This document shows, piece by piece, positions 61,186 to 64,000 of a stretch of DNA of 64,000 nt; positions within the stretch are counted from its first letter, which is position 1; each line of letters opens with the position of its first letter. The stretch spans positions 38,413,268-38,477,267 of the forward strand of contig JAUZTB010000017.1 in NCBI GenBank assembly GCA_034780895.1, in the 5' to 3' direction. The notes beneath the pieces are model-generated. The model was not told the DNA's origin. It saw nothing but the letters and a program-made list of their open reading frames with translations, and ran no database searches. The translations under genes and the position numbers were made by a program. The DNA is from Rhynchobatus australiae. Taxonomy: Eukaryota.

Positions 61186-64000
61186 AAATAAAATTCTGTG
61201 CAACATATATATGCCTGGAAACATACCCTGTTGGTCGTGTGCATGGCACTACTGAATTTACGGGCAATTACTTTTTACCTTTATACTGCATAACTGTTTC
61301 TACCTGGGCTACGTGGCATTGTCACTTTGTATAATACTATTATCTCCCATAATTTTTATTTCACTGTGGTCCATTATATAAAGTGAGGCAATTGATTTTA
61401 TTTTTAAGACTTGCAAACAATAATGCCGCATTAAAAGTAGGCGTCAGATTAGTTTTGATCAATTCCTGGCTCTGTGATTCTTTAGCTTTTTTTTTAATAT
61501 TAAAAAAAAAGCTTGAATTGATTGATTTCACAGCCAGCAAAGATTTATTTCCATCCAATTTTATAGCTGTCGTAATATGTGCTGAACCTGTTACTGTTGC
61601 TATTCATGAAATGTCAATGCAAAAAGAGAATTATAGTGCAACATGACAAGGACACAGCTGTTGCTGTGTAATAAGTTCAGGCAACAACAAAATAACAGTT
61701 GCAGGGACCAGTAGAACAGTAATTTTCACCAAACGGAGCTCTGTTCTTGATGCTCAGCAGGAGCTAAAAAACAAAATAATGATATGATGTGTACTGTCAG
61801 CATTCTTAGTGTAATGGCTGGTAGAGGGAAAGTTTACGACTATGGAGAATTTAATGAGTGTTTGTGCTATTTATGTGAAGTCATATATCATGTTTGTTCA
61901 GCTGCTGTCATGGTTAGCTGCACAACCGGAAAAAATGATGTTTTGTTTATTTCACCACCCCCCCCCTCCAAATTCCATCACCGCATTCTAACATAAAACC
62001 TCATGTCTGTACCAAGCAAATATCAGCTCTTGAAATCAATCCAGTTTCGATGTTTGCACCTCTGAAGGATAATTCCTTGCAACTCGGTGTAGTCAGAATG
62101 CAAAACCGTGTCGAATCTTTAAAATGAGTGCTGTAGAAAAGGCACAGGCGGAAAGTGAATATTGACAGTTTTGGAATCGTGTTCAGCTGTTGTTTTCATT
62201 GTAACCTTGCCAGTAAGTGTTTAGACTGTTTCCTCCAATTCCTAGATAAAATGTTTAGCAGAAGGAAAAAGAAATAATGTTCACATTCACTTAAAAATCT
62301 AAACAAAGCCTATCTTTGAAAGATCAGGCATAGAATGTGTCTCAAGTTATAACTTGGAATACCCTTTGAACCTCAACTAGCTCCTCCCCCACCCAAAGAG
62401 GCGCATACGTTATTATCCATAGGCAAACTCCCTTTGGTCTAGTTGGTTAATTTGCTTTGATAGTTGAAGAAAATTAGCTGTTTTTACCAAATCTTCTAAA
62501 TATGGGGAGGCAATTTGTGAAATGACCCATTTATATTGCTTTACATTGTACTCTGAATGCAGTACAAAGGCAAATATTCAGGATTAACAGTAAACAAAGT
62601 TTGTCCATTTAAGAGCCAGTGGTTCAAGGAGATTTTTAAAGCTTAAATCAAATCCCAAGAGCCTTCTGCTGTTTGTACTTTGTGACTTTTCCCTTTGCCC
62701 GTTTTTTTCTTAATTTATAGTCTGACCTGACTCTCAGAAGCAGCAACAGATTAATCTGGATATCCACAGCAAAACTGATAGCCTGGAACAAGCAAATCTT
62801 GTGTTTTGATTCCAATTTTACCTTAGTCATGACTTTACAGATACAAGGAACATTTAATTCTAGATTTCCTGCAGCTGGCAGAGGTCTCCAAGCCAGCTGT
62901 GCTAAATGTATTTTTACCCTTGTCTCACTGCCAGCTTTTGAGCTCTGTGAAAAATAAAATAAAATTAAATGTTTCGCGTCCCAGCTGAACTGTTAAAAGA
63001 GATTTAAAAGGGAAGTTGTAACCATAGGCACCTAATTTGCTAGCAAACAAAGTGAGCTATTCTTTTATTTTGAAGATAGGCTTGTATTACAAACGGTGGA
63101 AAGAAAGACCTTTTCAGAAATCTCCATAGATGGAAAAGTAGAAAGAATGTTGGCTCATTAATCTTGTCAGGCCTGATCTCACTGAATTTAAGATTTCCAT
63201 TCTGGTTCAGACCCTGCTCTGCGTAAGAATGTTCACACGGAACAAGAATTTTTATTACATGACCTCAAATTGATTTAAATCGCAGACAATTATGAATGTA
63301 GAGCATTATTGTTTCCAAAAGACTGTTAATTCCCTTATATAAAGGGAAGAACGGCTAGCGACAGGCATTGTGTCTGGTAGCTGGGCAAACAGGGTACAAG
63401 CATCAATGAACACTTTGGTCGGTGCCAGTTTGCAGTGCTGTTGTTGACTGTTAACTCTCAGGTGTTGGAGGTGCGGACTCGGTTAGTGCTCTTTACTTCT
63501 CATCTTTGCTCAGCATCCTCTCAGCTGCAAAAGGAGTCCCCTGCATTTGTTTGTCATCATTCATATGCCACTACTTTTTATTCATTAGATTTTCCTGGTG
63601 CTGTCTGTGAGGCAAATATCACTGCAAGAAATGTGGGTTTCTTTTTCATCTCACATTTACTGGAACACAGTTTTAACTAAATTCCCATCCACTACATTAA
63701 TGTGTTATTCATTATATAAACGTTACTTTAACATTACTACAGAGACCAGGAATTTGGCTGATAATCACTATTTTGGTATCTGTGTGTGTTTCCAGTGCTC
63801 AGAAAGAACTTTTTCCAGTTTTAGCAGCTGTAAGATATTTAAACATTCCTTGTAATGGCATCTAATGATAAATATACCCCGTGGTCTTGAACTGGAGCAT
63901 TATCGCTGGCAAATTGCCATTTCCCTGGCAGTAAAAGCTCGTTCAGGCCCCCTCTGCAAGGAGAATGTGCACTAACACCCATGCTGGTAATATCTATGCT

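Noticed and set aside
63610-63640. Peptide ITARN resembling the start of ARID5B exon 8 (ITARRQW)
   Set aside because: No AG acceptor directly before it, and the downstream sequence (NVGFFF) does not match RQWKHIYDELGG. I did not find exon 8 or exon 4 in the window; they probably lie outside it or in a gap.
1-64000. Prokaryotic-type systems (CRISPR arrays, operons, defence islands)
   Set aside because: The sequence is vertebrate intron/exon DNA with no repeat-spacer arrays and no long intact ORFs.

Overview
Vertebrate genomic DNA, not prokaryotic. The repeat families point to a cartilaginous fish, probably a ray or sawfish relative (inferred from repeat content only). The window lies inside the ARID5B gene on the + strand. 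Three internal coding exons are clear: 41003-41121, 42348-42552 and 49162-49214, corresponding to human exons 5-7 and the start of the ARID DNA-binding domain. Their GT-AG sites and phases are consistent. The rest is intron, densely filled with decayed CR1, L2 and RTE LINE fragments, tRNA-derived SINEs, DeuSINE/SacSINE-like elements, Penelope-like fragments with minimal hammerhead-ribozyme motifs, a Tigger/pogo-like MITE, minisatellites and many N gaps. Almost all ORF-track entries are spurious or repeat-derived. I found no evidence for a wholly new multi-gene system. The best leads are: (1) a frame-preserving 30/96-nt cassette-exon candidate at 20585-20680; (2) a candidate alternative first exon for the short ARID5B isoform ending at 38208; (3) a Penelope hammerhead with a CAGAUGA core variant; (4) a TSD-flanked fold-back Penelope insertion just upstream of exon 6. 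Repeat boundaries are approximate, and family names come from recalled consensus patterns, not a database search.
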